Positions 52,178-62,407 are shown, counted from the first letter of the stretch. The stretch: 64,000 nucleotides of DNA from an uncultured delta proteobacterium (GCA_963796055.1 CAWCKH010000004.1:2208001-2272000), one strand, 5' to 3'. Notes: generated by a model from the sequence alone, not told the origin. Translations and numbers: made by a program.

Positions 52178-54853
52178 CTAGGCCCGGACCGAGGCCACGA
52201 GCTTCTCCACCGCGGCACCCAGGAGCGCCGGGTCCGCACCGCCGGCCTGGGCCAGGTCCGGCTTCCCGCCCCCCGAGCCGCCAGCCACCCTGGCCACCTC
52301 CCGGATGGCCTCGGCGGCGCTGAACCCGCGGGCGACGATGTCCTTGGTCGCCCCCACCAGGACCAGGCCCTTGCCGTCCTTCTCACCCCAGACCACGACC
52401 ACCCCGGACTGGAGCTTGTCCCGGAACTGGTCCGCGAGGGCGCGGTAGGCCTTGGCATCGGCGGGGTCCACCCGGTGCGCCAGCACCTTGACCCCGTTCA
52501 CCTCGCGGGCCTCGGAGAGGACGTCCTTGCTGCTCGCGGCGGACGCGCGCCGGGCGGCGGTCTCTACTTCCTTCTCCAGCTCCTTGACCCGCTTCTGCGT
52601 CGCCTCCACCCGGCGGACGAGCTCCTTGGGCGAGGTGCGGAGCAGCTCGGCGGCGCGCCGGACCTCGTGCTCCAGCTCGCGGACCCAGGCCACCGCCCCC
52701 AGTCCGGTCAGGGCCACGATGCGCCGGACGCCCGAGGCAATGCCGCCCTCGGAGGTGATCTTGAACAGGCCGATGTCCCCGGTCCGGCGGACGTGCGTCC
52801 CACCGCAGAGCTCGGTGGACTGCGGGTGCACGCTCACCACCCGGACCCGCTCGCCGTACTTCTCCCCGAACAGCGCCACCGCGCCGGCCTTCTTCGCCTC
52901 GTCGAGCGCCATCACCCGGGTCTCGGCGTCCTCGTTCTCGAGGATCCACCGGTTGACCATGTCCTCCACCTGCTCCAGCTGCTCGGGCGTGGGCGGCGAG
53001 AAGTGCGAGTAGTCGAACCTCAGGTAATCCGGGGCGACCACCGAACCGGCCTGCTTCACGTGCTCCCCGAGCACGATCTTCAGCGCCCGGTGCAGCAGGT
53101 GGGTGGCCGAATGGTTGGCCCGGATGGCGTTCCGCCGTTCCCCGTCGACCGAGAGTTGGACCATGTCCCCGACGCGCAGGGTCCCGCTGGTCACCTGCGC
53201 CTCGTGGACCACGAGGCCGGGCACCGGTCGCTTGGTGTCCACCACCTGGGCCTCGGCCTTGCCGCCGTGGCCGACGATGCCCCCGGTGTCGCCCACCTGC
53301 CCACCCGACTCGCCGTAGAACGGGGTCCGGTCGCTCAGGACCTCGCCGGTGTCGCCCGTGCGGAGCTCGGGCACCTCGCGCCCGTCCTTCACCAGCGCGA
53401 CGATCGTCCCCTCGCCCTCGTGGCCCTCGCCCTCGTAGCCGAGGAACACCGTGTCCCCGAGCCGGCCGTGGAGCGCCGGCCAGAGGTCCGCCACCGCCTT
53501 CTCGCCCGAGCCGCCGAAGGTGCCCCGCTGCCGCTGGGCCTCCATCAGCTCCTCGTAGCGGTCCAGGTCCACGTCGAACCCCCGCTCGCGGGCGATGATC
53601 TGGGTGAGGTCCCAGGGGAATCCGTGCGTGTCGTGGAGGAGGAACACCACGTCGCCGGAGAGGACCTTCGTTCCCTTCGCCCGGGCGATCTCCTCGTCGA
53701 TGAGGCGCAGGCCCCGGGCGAGCGTCCGGCGGAAGGACTCCTCCTCGTGCCGGGTGGCCTCGAGGACGAAGGCCTCGTTCTCTTGCAGCTCCGGGTAGGC
53801 GTCCCGCATCTGCTGGACGACCACCTTGACGACCGCGTGCAGGAACGGCTCCTCCAGCCCGAGCCTCGAGCCGTGGCGGATGGCCCGGCGCATGATGCGA
53901 CGGAGGACGTAGCCGCGGCCCTCGTTGGAGGGCTGCACGCCATCGGAGACCAGGAAGGCCGTGGCCCGGGCATGGTCGGCGATGACGCGCATCGAGGCAT
54001 CGTCCGCCGGGTCGCGCCCGTAGGTCTTGCCCGACAGCTCGCTGGCCCTCGCCAGCAGCGGGACGAAGAGGTCGGTGTCGTAGTTGCTCCGCTTGCCCTG
54101 CACCACCGCGGTCATCCGCTCCAGCCCAGCCCCGGTGTCGATGGACGGACGCGGCAGCGGCTCGAGCGGGCTGTCCTTCTCCTTCCGCTCGAACTGCATG
54201 AAGACCAGGTTCCAGATCTCCAGCCAGCGGTCGCACTCGCAGGCCACACCCAGGCAGGGGCGGCCGGCGGCCTCCTCGGGGCAGGGGAGGTCGTCGCCCT
54301 GGTGGTAGTGGATCTCGGAGCACGGACCGCAGGGCCCGGTGTCACCCATGGCCCAGAAGTTGTCCCTGTACCCGAGCCGGTGGATGCGCGACTCGGGCAG
54401 GCCGATGCGCTTCCAGAGCCGCGCCGCCTCCTCGTCCCAGGGGATGCCCTTCTCGCCGTTGAAGACGGTGGCGGCCAGCCGCGCCGGGGCGATGCCCAGC
54501 TCCCGGGTGACGAACTCCCAGGCGAAGGCGACGGCGTCCTCCTTGAAGTAGTCGCCGAAGGAGAAGTTCCCCAGCATCTCGAAGAAGGTGTGGTGGCGCC
54601 CGGTGAAGCCGACGTTGTCCAGGTCGTTGTGCTTGCCGCCGGCGCGCACGGACTTCTGCGACGATGTGGCGCGCTTGTACGGACGGGACTCGCGCCCGGT
54701 GAAGACGTCCTTGAATTGCACCATGCCGGCGTTGGTGAACAGCAGGCTGGGGTCGTCCGCCGGGACGAGCGAGCTGCTGGCCACGCGGCGATGACCCCGG
54801 CTCTCGAAGTAGGAGAGGAACGCTTCGCGGACCTGTGCAGCGGTGCGGACCAT
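52178..54853 (-). CDS. alaS: Alanine--tRNA ligase
   Basis: LLFTNAGMVQFK, HHTFFEMLGNFSFGDYFK, NHSATHLLH, ELCGGTH and GGGKPDLAQAGG. Confidence 0.98.
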   Translation of the reverse strand: MVRTAAQVREAFLSYFESRGHRRVASSSLVPADDPSLLFTNAGMVQFKDVFTGRESRPYKRATSSQKSVRAGGKHNDLDNVGFTGRHHTFFEMLGNFSFGDYFKEDAVAFAWEFVTRELGIAPARLAATVFNGEKGIPWDEEAARLWKRIGLPESRIHRLGYRDNFWAMGDTGPCGPCSEIHYHQGDDLPCPEEAAGRPCLGVACECDRWLEIWNLVFMQFERKEKDSPLEPLPRPSIDTGAGLERMTAVVQGKRSNYDTDLFVPLLARASELSGKTYGRDPADDASMRVIADHARATAFLVSDGVQPSNEGRGYVLRRIMRRAIRHGSRLGLEEPFLHAVVKVVVQQMRDAYPELQENEAFVLEATRHEEESFRRTLARGLRLIDEEIARAKGTKVLSGDVVFLLHDTHGFPWDLTQIIARERGFDVDLDRYEELMEAQRQRGTFGGSGEKAVADLWPALHGRLGDTVFLGYEGEGHEGEGTIVALVKDGREVPELRTGDTGEVLSDRTPFYGESGGQVGDTGGIVGHGGKAEAQVVDTKRPVPGLVVHEAQVTSGTLRVGDMVQLSVDGERRNAIRANHSATHLLHRALKIVLGEHVKQAGSVVAPDYLRFDYSHFSPPTPEQLEQVEDMVNRWILENEDAETRVMALDEAKKAGAVALFGEKYGERVRVVSVHPQSTELCGGTHVRRTGDIGLFKITSEGGIASGVRRIVALTGLGAVAWVRELEHEVRRAAELLRTSPKELVRRVEATQKRVKELEKEVETAARRASAASSKDVLSEAREVNGVKVLAHRVDPADAKAYRALADQFRDKLQSGVVVVWGEKDGKGLVLVGATKDIVARGFSAAEAIREVARVAGGSGGGKPDLAQAGGADPALLGAAVEKLVASVRA

Positions 54854-54897
54854 GGAAGCCCTGCATATAACGTCTGCTAGGCTTCCGGCCTCACGCC

Positions 54898-55659
54898 GTG
54901 TGCGCCCACCCCCTCGCTCCTCCCGCCCGGCTGTTCCGCACGGTGGCGCTCGGGGCGGTGCTCCTCGGAGGGCCGGTGCGGGCCGACGCAGACCCCCGGA
55001 TCGTCTTCCTTGCCCGCCAGCTGGGCACGGCGACCGATCCTCGCGTCCGGGCCCAGGCCGCCCTCACCCTCGGCACGACCGAGGCCCCGGAGGCGCTCGG
55101 CCCTCTGTGCGGCGCGCTGGCGGACCCGGTGCCGCTGGTCCGCGCCGCGGCCGCCCGCTCGCTTCCGGAACTGCATGATCTCGGCGCCCTGGACTGCCTC
55201 ACCGCGCACGCCGCCGACACCTCCCCCGACTCACAGGGGGAGATCCGCCGGGCCCTTGCCCTTCTACAGAACGTGAAGGAGCGCGCGCCGGCGGTGGACG
55301 TCTGGGTGGGTCCGGTGCGCGACCGCTCCAGCCCGCCGCTCGGCGAGGTGCTCTGCGGCGAGGCCCGGACCCGGCTGGTGAAGCGGCTGACCTGGTCCGG
55401 GGCGCGAAGCGATGCGGTGGAGTCGGCGCTGAAGGCCAGCCGCGACACGCCGGCGTTCCTCCTCCAGCCCGCCTTGCTCCGGGGGGACGGCGGGGCGCTG
55501 GTCCTGGCGGCGGTGTGCCTCACCTGGCCGAGCAAGCAGATCCTCGGCGAGGTCCGGGTGAAGGGCACCGGCGGCACGCCCATGGACCTCATCCGCGCGC
55601 TCGTGCCCCGGCTCATCCAGGACGCGGCGAGCACCTTCGAGTGGGAACTGACTCCCTGA
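54898..55659 (+). CDS. Exported HEAT-repeat protein
   Basis: Signal-like N-terminus; DPRVRAQAALTLG and DPVPLVRAAAARSL. Confidence 0.75.
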   Translation: MCAHPLAPPARLFRTVALGAVLLGGPVRADADPRIVFLARQLGTATDPRVRAQAALTLGTTEAPEALGPLCGALADPVPLVRAAAARSLPELHDLGALDCLTAHAADTSPDSQGEIRRALALLQNVKERAPAVDVWVGPVRDRSSPPLGEVLCGEARTRLVKRLTWSGARSDAVESALKASRDTPAFLLQPALLRGDGGALVLAAVCLTWPSKQILGEVRVKGTGGTPMDLIRALVPRLIQDAASTFEWELTP

Positions 55660-56366
55660 TGGAGACCACGATGGCCCCACGGCAGAGACGGCTGCGGAAC
55701 TACCTGCTCGACGCGCCGCTGCAGCTGCGCTTCACCGCGGTGCTGGTGCTGGCCACCCTGCTGGGAGCGGGGCTCCTCGGCATCTTCCTCGCCCGGGCGC
55801 TGAACCGGCTCTCCGAGCAGGCCGAGCGGGCGGTGGAGGCCCGCGCGGCAGCGGCGCAGGCCAGCCACGAGCTGGGGAACGCCTCGCTGTCGAAGACGCT
55901 GCTGGAGCGGTTCAACGACCCGGCGTTCACCGCCCAGCTCGAGCGGCAGTCGCGGGCCATCGACGCCGCGTACCAGGCCGAGCAGGCCCAGGTGGCCGAG
56001 CAGCGGCGCGACGTGGTGCGCGAGTCCGGACGCATCACCTGGCTGGTGTTCTTCTCGGTCGCGGTGTTCGCCCTGGCGGTGCTGCTGCTGGGCATCGTCC
56101 TCACCCACCGCATCGCCGGGCCGGTGTTCCGGGTGCGCCGGCTGCTGAGCGACCTGGGGGAAGGGCGGAGGGAGGTGCCGCGCCATGGCCTGCGCGACGG
56201 TGACGAGCTGCGGGAGCTGTTCGACGCCGCCTCGTCGCTGGTCAAGACGCTCCGCGCCGAGGACGAGGCAACCTTCGAGGCGGTGGCCTCGGCGCTGGGC
56301 GCGCCCGACCAGACGGAGGGGCTGCGGCGGGTGCATCACCGGCTGGCGGTGCGGCTCGGGCGCTGA
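55659..56366 (+). CDS. Two-TM membrane protein with HAMP-like segment
   Basis: RRLRNYLLD..LQLRF and THRIAGPVFRV...LRDGDEL; start overlaps the upstream stop. Confidence 0.8.
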   Translation: METTMAPRQRRLRNYLLDAPLQLRFTAVLVLATLLGAGLLGIFLARALNRLSEQAERAVEARAAAAQASHELGNASLSKTLLERFNDPAFTAQLERQSRAIDAAYQAEQAQVAEQRRDVVRESGRITWLVFFSVAVFALAVLLLGIVLTHRIAGPVFRVRRLLSDLGEGRREVPRHGLRDGDELRELFDAASSLVKTLRAEDEATFEAVASALGAPDQTEGLRRVHHRLAVRLGR

Positions 56367-56386
56367 GCAGGAACCACCGGGCGCCC

Positions 56387-57379
56387 TCAAGGGCCCGGAG
56401 CGGCCTCCTCGGGGATCTGCTCCCAGGAGAGGAGCGCGTGCAGCGGGACCAGCACCTCGGTGCCCTCCGCACCGAGGAGCAGATCGTACGGGCCCACCGA
56501 GAGGAGCGTGTCCTCGAGGGTGAACCCGTTGCGGAGCCCGAGCCGGACCCGCTGTCCGACCGCGGGGAGGAAGGGCCGGGGGTCCGAGTGCGGCCGCCGG
56601 TCGGGCTCCCGCGCCACCGGCACGGGCTTCTGGGCCAGCCGGGCGTCCCGCGGCAGCCGGGGAAGCAGCACGTCCCAGGTCGCCCGGCGCGCCACCGCGC
56701 ACACCGAGAGCTTCTCCACCCGTCCCGAGCGCTCCAGCACGAAGGCCACCGGGTGTGTGTTCAGCAGCACGTCGAGCAAGGTCCGGTCCGCCAGGACGAA
56801 GGCCAGCGGCACCTTCGCCGCGGCCGACTCGGAGAGCCAGCCGTCCACCCGCTCCGCGGACACCGCGCTGCGCGCCTCCTTCACCGTGGCCTTGGCGCGG
56901 GTCCGGGCCTGGCGGGCCCGGAACTGCTCGAGCGTCAGCCCCGACTGGAGCAGCCCGAACGCCTCGGCGAGGTCGACCCCCGCATGCTGGGCCATCAGCG
57001 CGTAGGCCTGATCGAACCGCTTGGCCTCCTCCTGGTGGAGCTTCCGCCACACCCGGGCGCGCATCTTCCCCTCCAGCTCGCCCTTGGCGATGCGGGCCGG
57101 GACGTGCTCCCGGGCGGCGAGCGCGTTGATGGCCTCGGGCGTCGGTGGCGTGGCCGGGCCCCGGGGGGCCGGACGGCCGTGCGGAGCACCTCCGGGGCGG
57201 AGCGGCGGACGCGGGGGGCGCGGCGCGGTGCCGGTGGGCCGCACCGGCGCCGATGTCGGCCCAGGCGTCGGCGTCGGCGCGGGCGTGGCGGTGGGCGTGG
57301 GGGATGGGGACGGCGTGGCAGGCGCGGGGCGCCGGACCACCTCCACCATCGGCGGACGCCGGCTCTTGCGGTCAGCCAT
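56387..57379 (-). CDS. Hypothetical protein with Pro-rich N-terminus and two putative Sm/Hfq-like domains
   Basis: Clean 330-aa ORF; C-terminal VRLGLRNGFTL..TLLSVGPYDLLL.....LVPLHAL. Confidence 0.7.
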   Translation of the reverse strand: MADRKSRRPPMVEVVRRPAPATPSPSPTPTATPAPTPTPGPTSAPVRPTGTAPRPPRPPLRPGGAPHGRPAPRGPATPPTPEAINALAAREHVPARIAKGELEGKMRARVWRKLHQEEAKRFDQAYALMAQHAGVDLAEAFGLLQSGLTLEQFRARQARTRAKATVKEARSAVSAERVDGWLSESAAAKVPLAFVLADRTLLDVLLNTHPVAFVLERSGRVEKLSVCAVARRATWDVLLPRLPRDARLAQKPVPVAREPDRRPHSDPRPFLPAVGQRVRLGLRNGFTLEDTLLSVGPYDLLLGAEGTEVLVPLHALLSWEQIPEEAAPGP

Positions 57380-57776
57380 CCCCGGGCTTCTCCAGGGGGG
57401 GAATGCTGACGCGCCAGTGCCCTGCCTCGTTCACCAGGTGCACCTCCTGCACGGCGCCGTGCCCGCTCACCGCCAGCACCGCGGTGCGCCCGTCGTCGGT
57501 GCGCACCGAGACCTGCCCCGCCGCGGGTGGCCTCGGGTCAGCCTGGAGGAGGTCCACTGGCGTCGGCCGGAGCGAGCCACCGCTGGCCTTCGCCAGCTCC
57601 TCGGAGCGGGCAGTGAGCGCGGTGCGGCTCCTCTCGGAGAGCAGGCCCAGGGTGCGCGCGTCGTCCTCGCGCTGCACCGCCGAGAGCAGGCTGCGGTAGG
57701 CGTCCGCCGGGGTGTCGTCCGGGTAGCGGTGGCAACCGGCGCTGGCCAGGAGCAGCAAGAGGAGAAGGCGGGGCAC
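57372..57776 (-). CDS. Small lipoprotein
   Basis: MPRLLLLLLLASAGC lipobox; C-terminal VHLVNEAGHWRV. Confidence 0.75.
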   Translation of the reverse strand: MPRLLLLLLLASAGCHRYPDDTPADAYRSLLSAVQREDDARTLGLLSERSRTALTARSEELAKASGGSLRPTPVDLLQADPRPPAAGQVSVRTDDGRTAVLAVSGHGAVQEVHLVNEAGHWRVSIPPLEKPGDG

Positions 57777-57845
57777 GGCGGGGGCGCATCGTCCGGCAGG
57801 TGCGGCCCGGGCACAAGCGTCAAAACGCCCGGAGGGAGAGCGGGT

Positions 57846-58466
57846 TCAGCGCTTGATCATCCGGGCCCGGAACACCGGCTCCCCGCTGACGAGGTACCGG
57901 CGCTCCCGGCTGCTGGGCACCTCCTCGGGGTCGGGAGGGTGGAAGGCGCCGGTGCCGAGCGGGTTGTGCCACCCGGCGGCCTCCAGGGTGGCGAGCATCT
58001 CCTCGGCCCGCGAGCGGACGTCCGTGCGGAGGTCGAAGACGGCGCCGGGGGCGGCGAGTCGCAGCAGCAGGGTGGCGAAGCCGGGGGTGAGGATGGCTCG
58101 CTTGCGGTGCGCGCGTTTCCACCACGGGTCCGGGAACTGGAGGTGGATGGCCGAGAGGCTGGCCGGGGCGAAGAGGCGGGGGATGACCGCCCGGGCGTCG
58201 GCCTCGACCACCCGGAGGTTGGTCAGACCGCGGGCGCGGGCCCGGTGCTCCAGCTCGCGGGCGTACTTCTTCCGGCATTCGATCGCGACGTACCGGACCT
58301 CGGGGTGGCGGGCAGCGTGGCCCAGCGCGAAGGCCCCGCCCCCGGAGCCGATCTCCAGCTCGAGGGCCCCCGGGCTGCCGAAGACGGCGGTCCAGTCCGG
58401 CGGGGTCAGCAGGGTCAGGAACTCGGCGCCGGCCGGTTCGGGGCGAAGGAGTGGACCGCGGGTCAT
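57846..58466 (-). CDS. trmB: tRNA (guanine-N7)-methyltransferase
   Basis: LELEIGSGGG, AIE, FPDPWWKRAHRKR and RTD. Confidence 0.92.
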   Translation of the reverse strand: MTRGPLLRPEPAGAEFLTLLTPPDWTAVFGSPGALELEIGSGGGAFALGHAARHPEVRYVAIECRKKYARELEHRARARGLTNLRVVEADARAVIPRLFAPASLSAIHLQFPDPWWKRAHRKRAILTPGFATLLLRLAAPGAVFDLRTDVRSRAEEMLATLEAAGWHNPLGTGAFHPPDPEEVPSSRERRYLVSGEPVFRARMIKR

Positions 58467-58520
58467 CGGGGAGAGATGGCGGAGACCCGGCCGTCTACCA
58501 CGTGCTACAGGTCGGGCCAC

Positions 58521-59438
58521 ATGAAGGTGCTGCACGCGCTCGAGGATGCACGTGCCCTGGCCGGCGTGGCGCTGGCGCTGGGCAACTTCGACGGGGTGCA
58601 CGTGGGTCACCGGGCGCTGTTCAAGGAGGCGGCCGAGCACGGCCGACCGGGTGCGCTGACCTTCGACCCGCATCCGGGGAAGGTGCTCCAGCCGGATCTC
58701 GCGCCGCGGCTCATCACCCCCTTGCCGCGGAAGCTCCAGCTGCTGGAGGCCTCGGGCCTGGACGTGGTGGTGGTGCTCCCCTTCACCCTGGCCTTCGCCC
58801 GCACCCCGGCGCGGGACTTCGAGGCGATGCTGTTCGACCGGGTGCGGATCAAGGCGGTGGCCGTCGGGCGGGACTACACCTATGGAGCGCAGCGGACCGG
58901 GACGGTGACCGCCCTGGCGGAGGCGGCGACGGCGCGCGCGGCGGTGGTGGCGGTGGTCGAGCCGGTCACGGTGGGGGGGGTGGTGGCCTCGTCCTCGCGC
59001 ATCCGCGAGTACATCCTCGAGGGCCGGGTAGGGGCGGCGCGGGCCCTCCTCGGCCGCCCCTTCGACCTGGACGGGCTGGTGGTGAAGGGCGACGGGCGCG
59101 GGCGGAGCATCGGCTGGCCCACCGCCAACGTGGACACCCACGGCGAGCTGCTCCCGGCCTCCGGGGTGTACGCGGTCCGGGTGCGCACCCCCGACGGGTG
59201 GCACGCCGGGGCGGCGAACATCGGGACCAAGCCCACCTTCGGTGGGTCGGCGGTGACGGTGGAGGTGCACCTCCTGGACTGGTCGGGCGACCTGTACGGA
59301 CAGGAAGTCCGGGTCGAGTTCCTGGACCGGCTCCGGGCCGAGCGGCGCTTCGCCTCGGTGTCCGAGCTCACCGCGCAGATCCAGCGGGACGTCGAGGAAG
59401 CGCGGGTGGTGCTTGCACGCACCTCGGCGCTTCCTTGA
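58521..59438 (+). CDS. ribF: Bifunctional riboflavin kinase/FAD synthetase
   Basis: GNFDGVHVGH, TFDPHP, SSSRIR, GRSIGWPTAN, GVYAV and EVHLLD. Confidence 0.96.
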   Translation: MKVLHALEDARALAGVALALGNFDGVHVGHRALFKEAAEHGRPGALTFDPHPGKVLQPDLAPRLITPLPRKLQLLEASGLDVVVVLPFTLAFARTPARDFEAMLFDRVRIKAVAVGRDYTYGAQRTGTVTALAEAATARAAVVAVVEPVTVGGVVASSSRIREYILEGRVGAARALLGRPFDLDGLVVKGDGRGRSIGWPTANVDTHGELLPASGVYAVRVRTPDGWHAGAANIGTKPTFGGSAVTVEVHLLDWSGDLYGQEVRVEFLDRLRAERRFASVSELTAQIQRDVEEARVVLARTSALP

Positions 59439-59464
59439 CACCTTTTTTTCCGGCCCCTTAGATC
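59435..59464 (+). promoter_or_regulatory. Putative sigma70-type promoter for the pil operon
   Basis: Perfect TTGACA overlapping the ribF stop, a T7 run in the spacer and a weak -10 (ttagat). Confidence 0.45.
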
Positions 59465-59554
59465 GATTCCCCACGGCGGTGCGGCACACGTTGCTCGGGG
59501 TCGCAGCAGCCCGTGACCGTCCACGCCCCGCATCAAAGAGGTGAGAGCGAACGC

Positions 59555-61249
59555 ATGTCTGCCGGCCGACTCGGTGAATTGCTCGTCCGGGAGAACCTGA
59601 TCTCCGTCCAGCAGCTCCGCAGGGCTCAGGAGGAGCAGCAGAAGAACGGAACCCGCATCGGCTCGGCGCTGATCAAGGTCGGGGCCATCGAGGAGCACAA
59701 GCTCACCGACTTCCTCAGCAAGCAGTACGGCGTCCCGGCCATCAACCTGAAGGACTTCGAGATCGACCCGGAGATCGTCAAGCTGGTGAAGAAGGAGGTC
59801 GCCCAGAAGCACCTGGTCATCCCGGTGAACCGGGCGGGCCAGTCGCTGATCGTGGCGATGAGCGACCCCTCCAACATCTACGCGGTGGACGACCTCAAGT
59901 TCACCACCGGCTACAACATCGAGCCGGTGGTGGCCTCCGAGCCGAGCATCCGCGAGGCCATCGAGCGTTACTACGCCGAGAGGGGCCCCTCGCTGGACGA
60001 GATCCTCGGCGCAGCGGACGAGCAGGTGGACGTCGCCGAGGAGGAGGAGGACGAGTTCGACGTCAAGGCGGCCGAGGACGCTCCGGTCGTCAAGCTGGTC
60101 AACCTCGTCCTGGTGGACGCCATCCGCAAGGGTGCCAGCGACATCCACGTCGAGCCCTACGAGAAGGATTTCCGGGTCCGGTTCCGCATCGATGGCGTGC
60201 TGTACGACGTGATGAAGCCGCCGATGAAGCTGAAGAACGCGATCATCAGCCGCCTGAAGATCATGGCCCAGCTGGACATCAGCGAGCGGCGGCTTCCTCA
60301 GGACGGGCGGATCAAGATCAAGACCACCGGCAAGGAGATGGACTTCCGGGTCAGCGTCTGCCCCACGCTCTTCGGGGAGAAGGTGGTGCTCCGGCTGCTG
60401 GACAAGTCCAACCTCCAGCTGGACATGACCAAGCTGGGGTTCGACGCCGAGCCGCTGCGGTGGTTCAAGGAGGCCATCGACCGGCCCTACGGCATGGTGC
60501 TGGTGACCGGGCCCACCGGCTCGGGGAAGACCACCACCCTGTACTCGGCGCTGACCTCGCTCAACACCGCGGACGTGAACATCAGCACCGCGGAGGATCC
60601 GGTGGAGTTCAACTTCGCCGGCATCAACCAGGTGCAGATGCACGACGACATCGGCCTGAACTTCGCCGCCGCGCTCCGGAGCTTCCTCCGCCAGGACCCG
60701 GACATCATCATGATCGGCGAGATCCGCGACTTCGAAACCGCGGAGATCGGGGTCAAGGCTGCCCTCACCGGGCACCTGGTCCTCAGCACCCTGCACACCA
60801 ACGACGCCCCGGGCACGGTGAGCCGGCTCTTGAACATGGGCATCGAGCCGTTCCTGGTGACCGCATCCCTGAACCTCATCCTCGCCCAGCGGCTCGCCCG
60901 GAAGCTCTGCTCCGCCTGCAAGCGACCGTCGAAGACCGTGGAGGAGCAGGCGCTGCTCGACGCAGGGGTGCCGCCGGACAAGATCGGCAGCTTCACCGTC
61001 TACGAGAGGGCGGGGTGCCGCGAGTGCAACGACCGCGGCTACCGCGGCCGGGTCGCCATCTACGAGGTCATGCCCTTCTGGGACGGGCTAAAAGAATTGG
61101 TGATCAACGGCGCCTCGGCGGCGGAGCTGAAGCAGGAGGCCATCCGCCTGGGGATGCAGACCCTGCGGATGGCCGCGCTGGGAAAGATGATGGGCGGAGT
61201 GACCACGCTCGAAGAGGTGGTGGGCAACACCGCGCCGGATCGCTTCTAG
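59555..61249 (+). CDS. pilB: Type IV pilus assembly ATPase
   Basis: RLGELLV, ASDIHVEP, ERRLPQDGR, GPTGSGKTTT, LRQDPD and a tetracysteine motif. Confidence 0.97.
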   Translation: MSAGRLGELLVRENLISVQQLRRAQEEQQKNGTRIGSALIKVGAIEEHKLTDFLSKQYGVPAINLKDFEIDPEIVKLVKKEVAQKHLVIPVNRAGQSLIVAMSDPSNIYAVDDLKFTTGYNIEPVVASEPSIREAIERYYAERGPSLDEILGAADEQVDVAEEEEDEFDVKAAEDAPVVKLVNLVLVDAIRKGASDIHVEPYEKDFRVRFRIDGVLYDVMKPPMKLKNAIISRLKIMAQLDISERRLPQDGRIKIKTTGKEMDFRVSVCPTLFGEKVVLRLLDKSNLQLDMTKLGFDAEPLRWFKEAIDRPYGMVLVTGPTGSGKTTTLYSALTSLNTADVNISTAEDPVEFNFAGINQVQMHDDIGLNFAAALRSFLRQDPDIIMIGEIRDFETAEIGVKAALTGHLVLSTLHTNDAPGTVSRLLNMGIEPFLVTASLNLILAQRLARKLCSACKRPSKTVEEQALLDAGVPPDKIGSFTVYERAGCRECNDRGYRGRVAIYEVMPFWDGLKELVINGASAAELKQEAIRLGMQTLRMAALGKMMGGVTTLEEVVGNTAPDRF

Positions 61250-61261
61250 AAAGAACAGGCC

Positions 61262-62390
61262 GTGGCCAACCTCCATCAGCTGTTGAAGGCGATGGTCGAG
61301 AAGAATGCTTCCGACCTGCACATCACCACCGGCAGCCCGCCCCAGCTCCGGATCGACGGCGAGCTGGTGCCGCTGAAGGCCGCCCCGCTCTCACCGGTGG
61401 AGACCAAGCAGATTCTGCTACTCGGTGCTCACCGACGCCCAGAAGGCCAAGTTCGAGGAGGACCACGAGCTGGATCTCTCCTTTGGGGTGAAGGCGCTGA
61501 GCCGCTTCCGGGCCAACCTCTACATGCAGCGCGGGGCGGTGGCCGGGGCGTTCCGGACCATTCCCTTCAAGATCCTCTCTTTCCAGGAGCTGGGGCTGCC
61601 GCCGGTGGTGACCGACCTCTCCAAGAAGCCGCGGGGGCTGGTGCTGGTGACCGGCCCGACCGGCTCCGGGAAGAGCACCACCCTGGCCAGCATCATCGAC
61701 AAGATCAACACCGATCGTCACGAGCACATCATGACGATCGAGGACCCCATCGAGTACCTCCACCCGCACAAGAACTGCCTGATCAACCAGCGGGAGATCG
61801 GGGCAGATACGAGAAGCTTCAAGACCGCGCTCAAGTACATCCTCCGGCAGGACCCGGACGTGGTGCTGGTGGGCGAGATGCGGGACCTCGAGACCATCGA
61901 GGCGGCGCTGGTGATCGCCGAGACAGGGCACGTCTGCTTCGGCACGCTGCACACCAACAGCTGCGTGCAGACCATCAACCGGGTGCTGGACGTCTTCCCT
62001 CCCTTCCAGCAACCCCAGATCCGCGCCCAGCTGTCCTTCGTCATCGAGGGGGTGCTCAGCCAGGCCCTGCTCCAGAAGGTGGGCGGCGGCCGCTGCCTGG
62101 CACTGGAGATCATGGTCCCCAACCCGGCCATCCGGAACCTGATCCGCGAGGACAAGGTCCACCAGATCTACTCGGCGATGCAGGTGGGCCAGGCCAAGTT
62201 CGGGATGCAGACCTTCAACCAGAGCCTCGCCCAGCTCCTCACCCGGCGAATGATCACCCAGGATGAGGCCTTCGGGCGCTCGTCGGACCCGGAGGAGCTG
62301 AAGAACATCATGGCCAGCGGGGCAGCGGGTGTGCTGCCCGGTCACACCGCCCCACCCGTGACCGGCCGGCCCATGCCCTCTCGCTCCTGA
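61262..62390 (+). pseudogene. pilT: Type IV pilus retraction ATPase with a +1 frameshift at ~61413 (may be a sequencing error)
   Basis: The N-terminus (MANLHQLLKAMVEKNASDLHITTGSPP) is in one frame and the ATPase body (GPTGSGKSTT, AIRNLIRE) in another. Deleting one T in cagattctgc restores KQICYSVLTDAQK. Confidence 0.9.
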
Positions 62391-62407
62391 GCTAGGATTT
62401 CAACCTC

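Noticed and set aside
61405..61425. Programmed ribosomal frameshift in pilT
   Set aside because: No slippery sequence is visible; a single-base insertion explains it.
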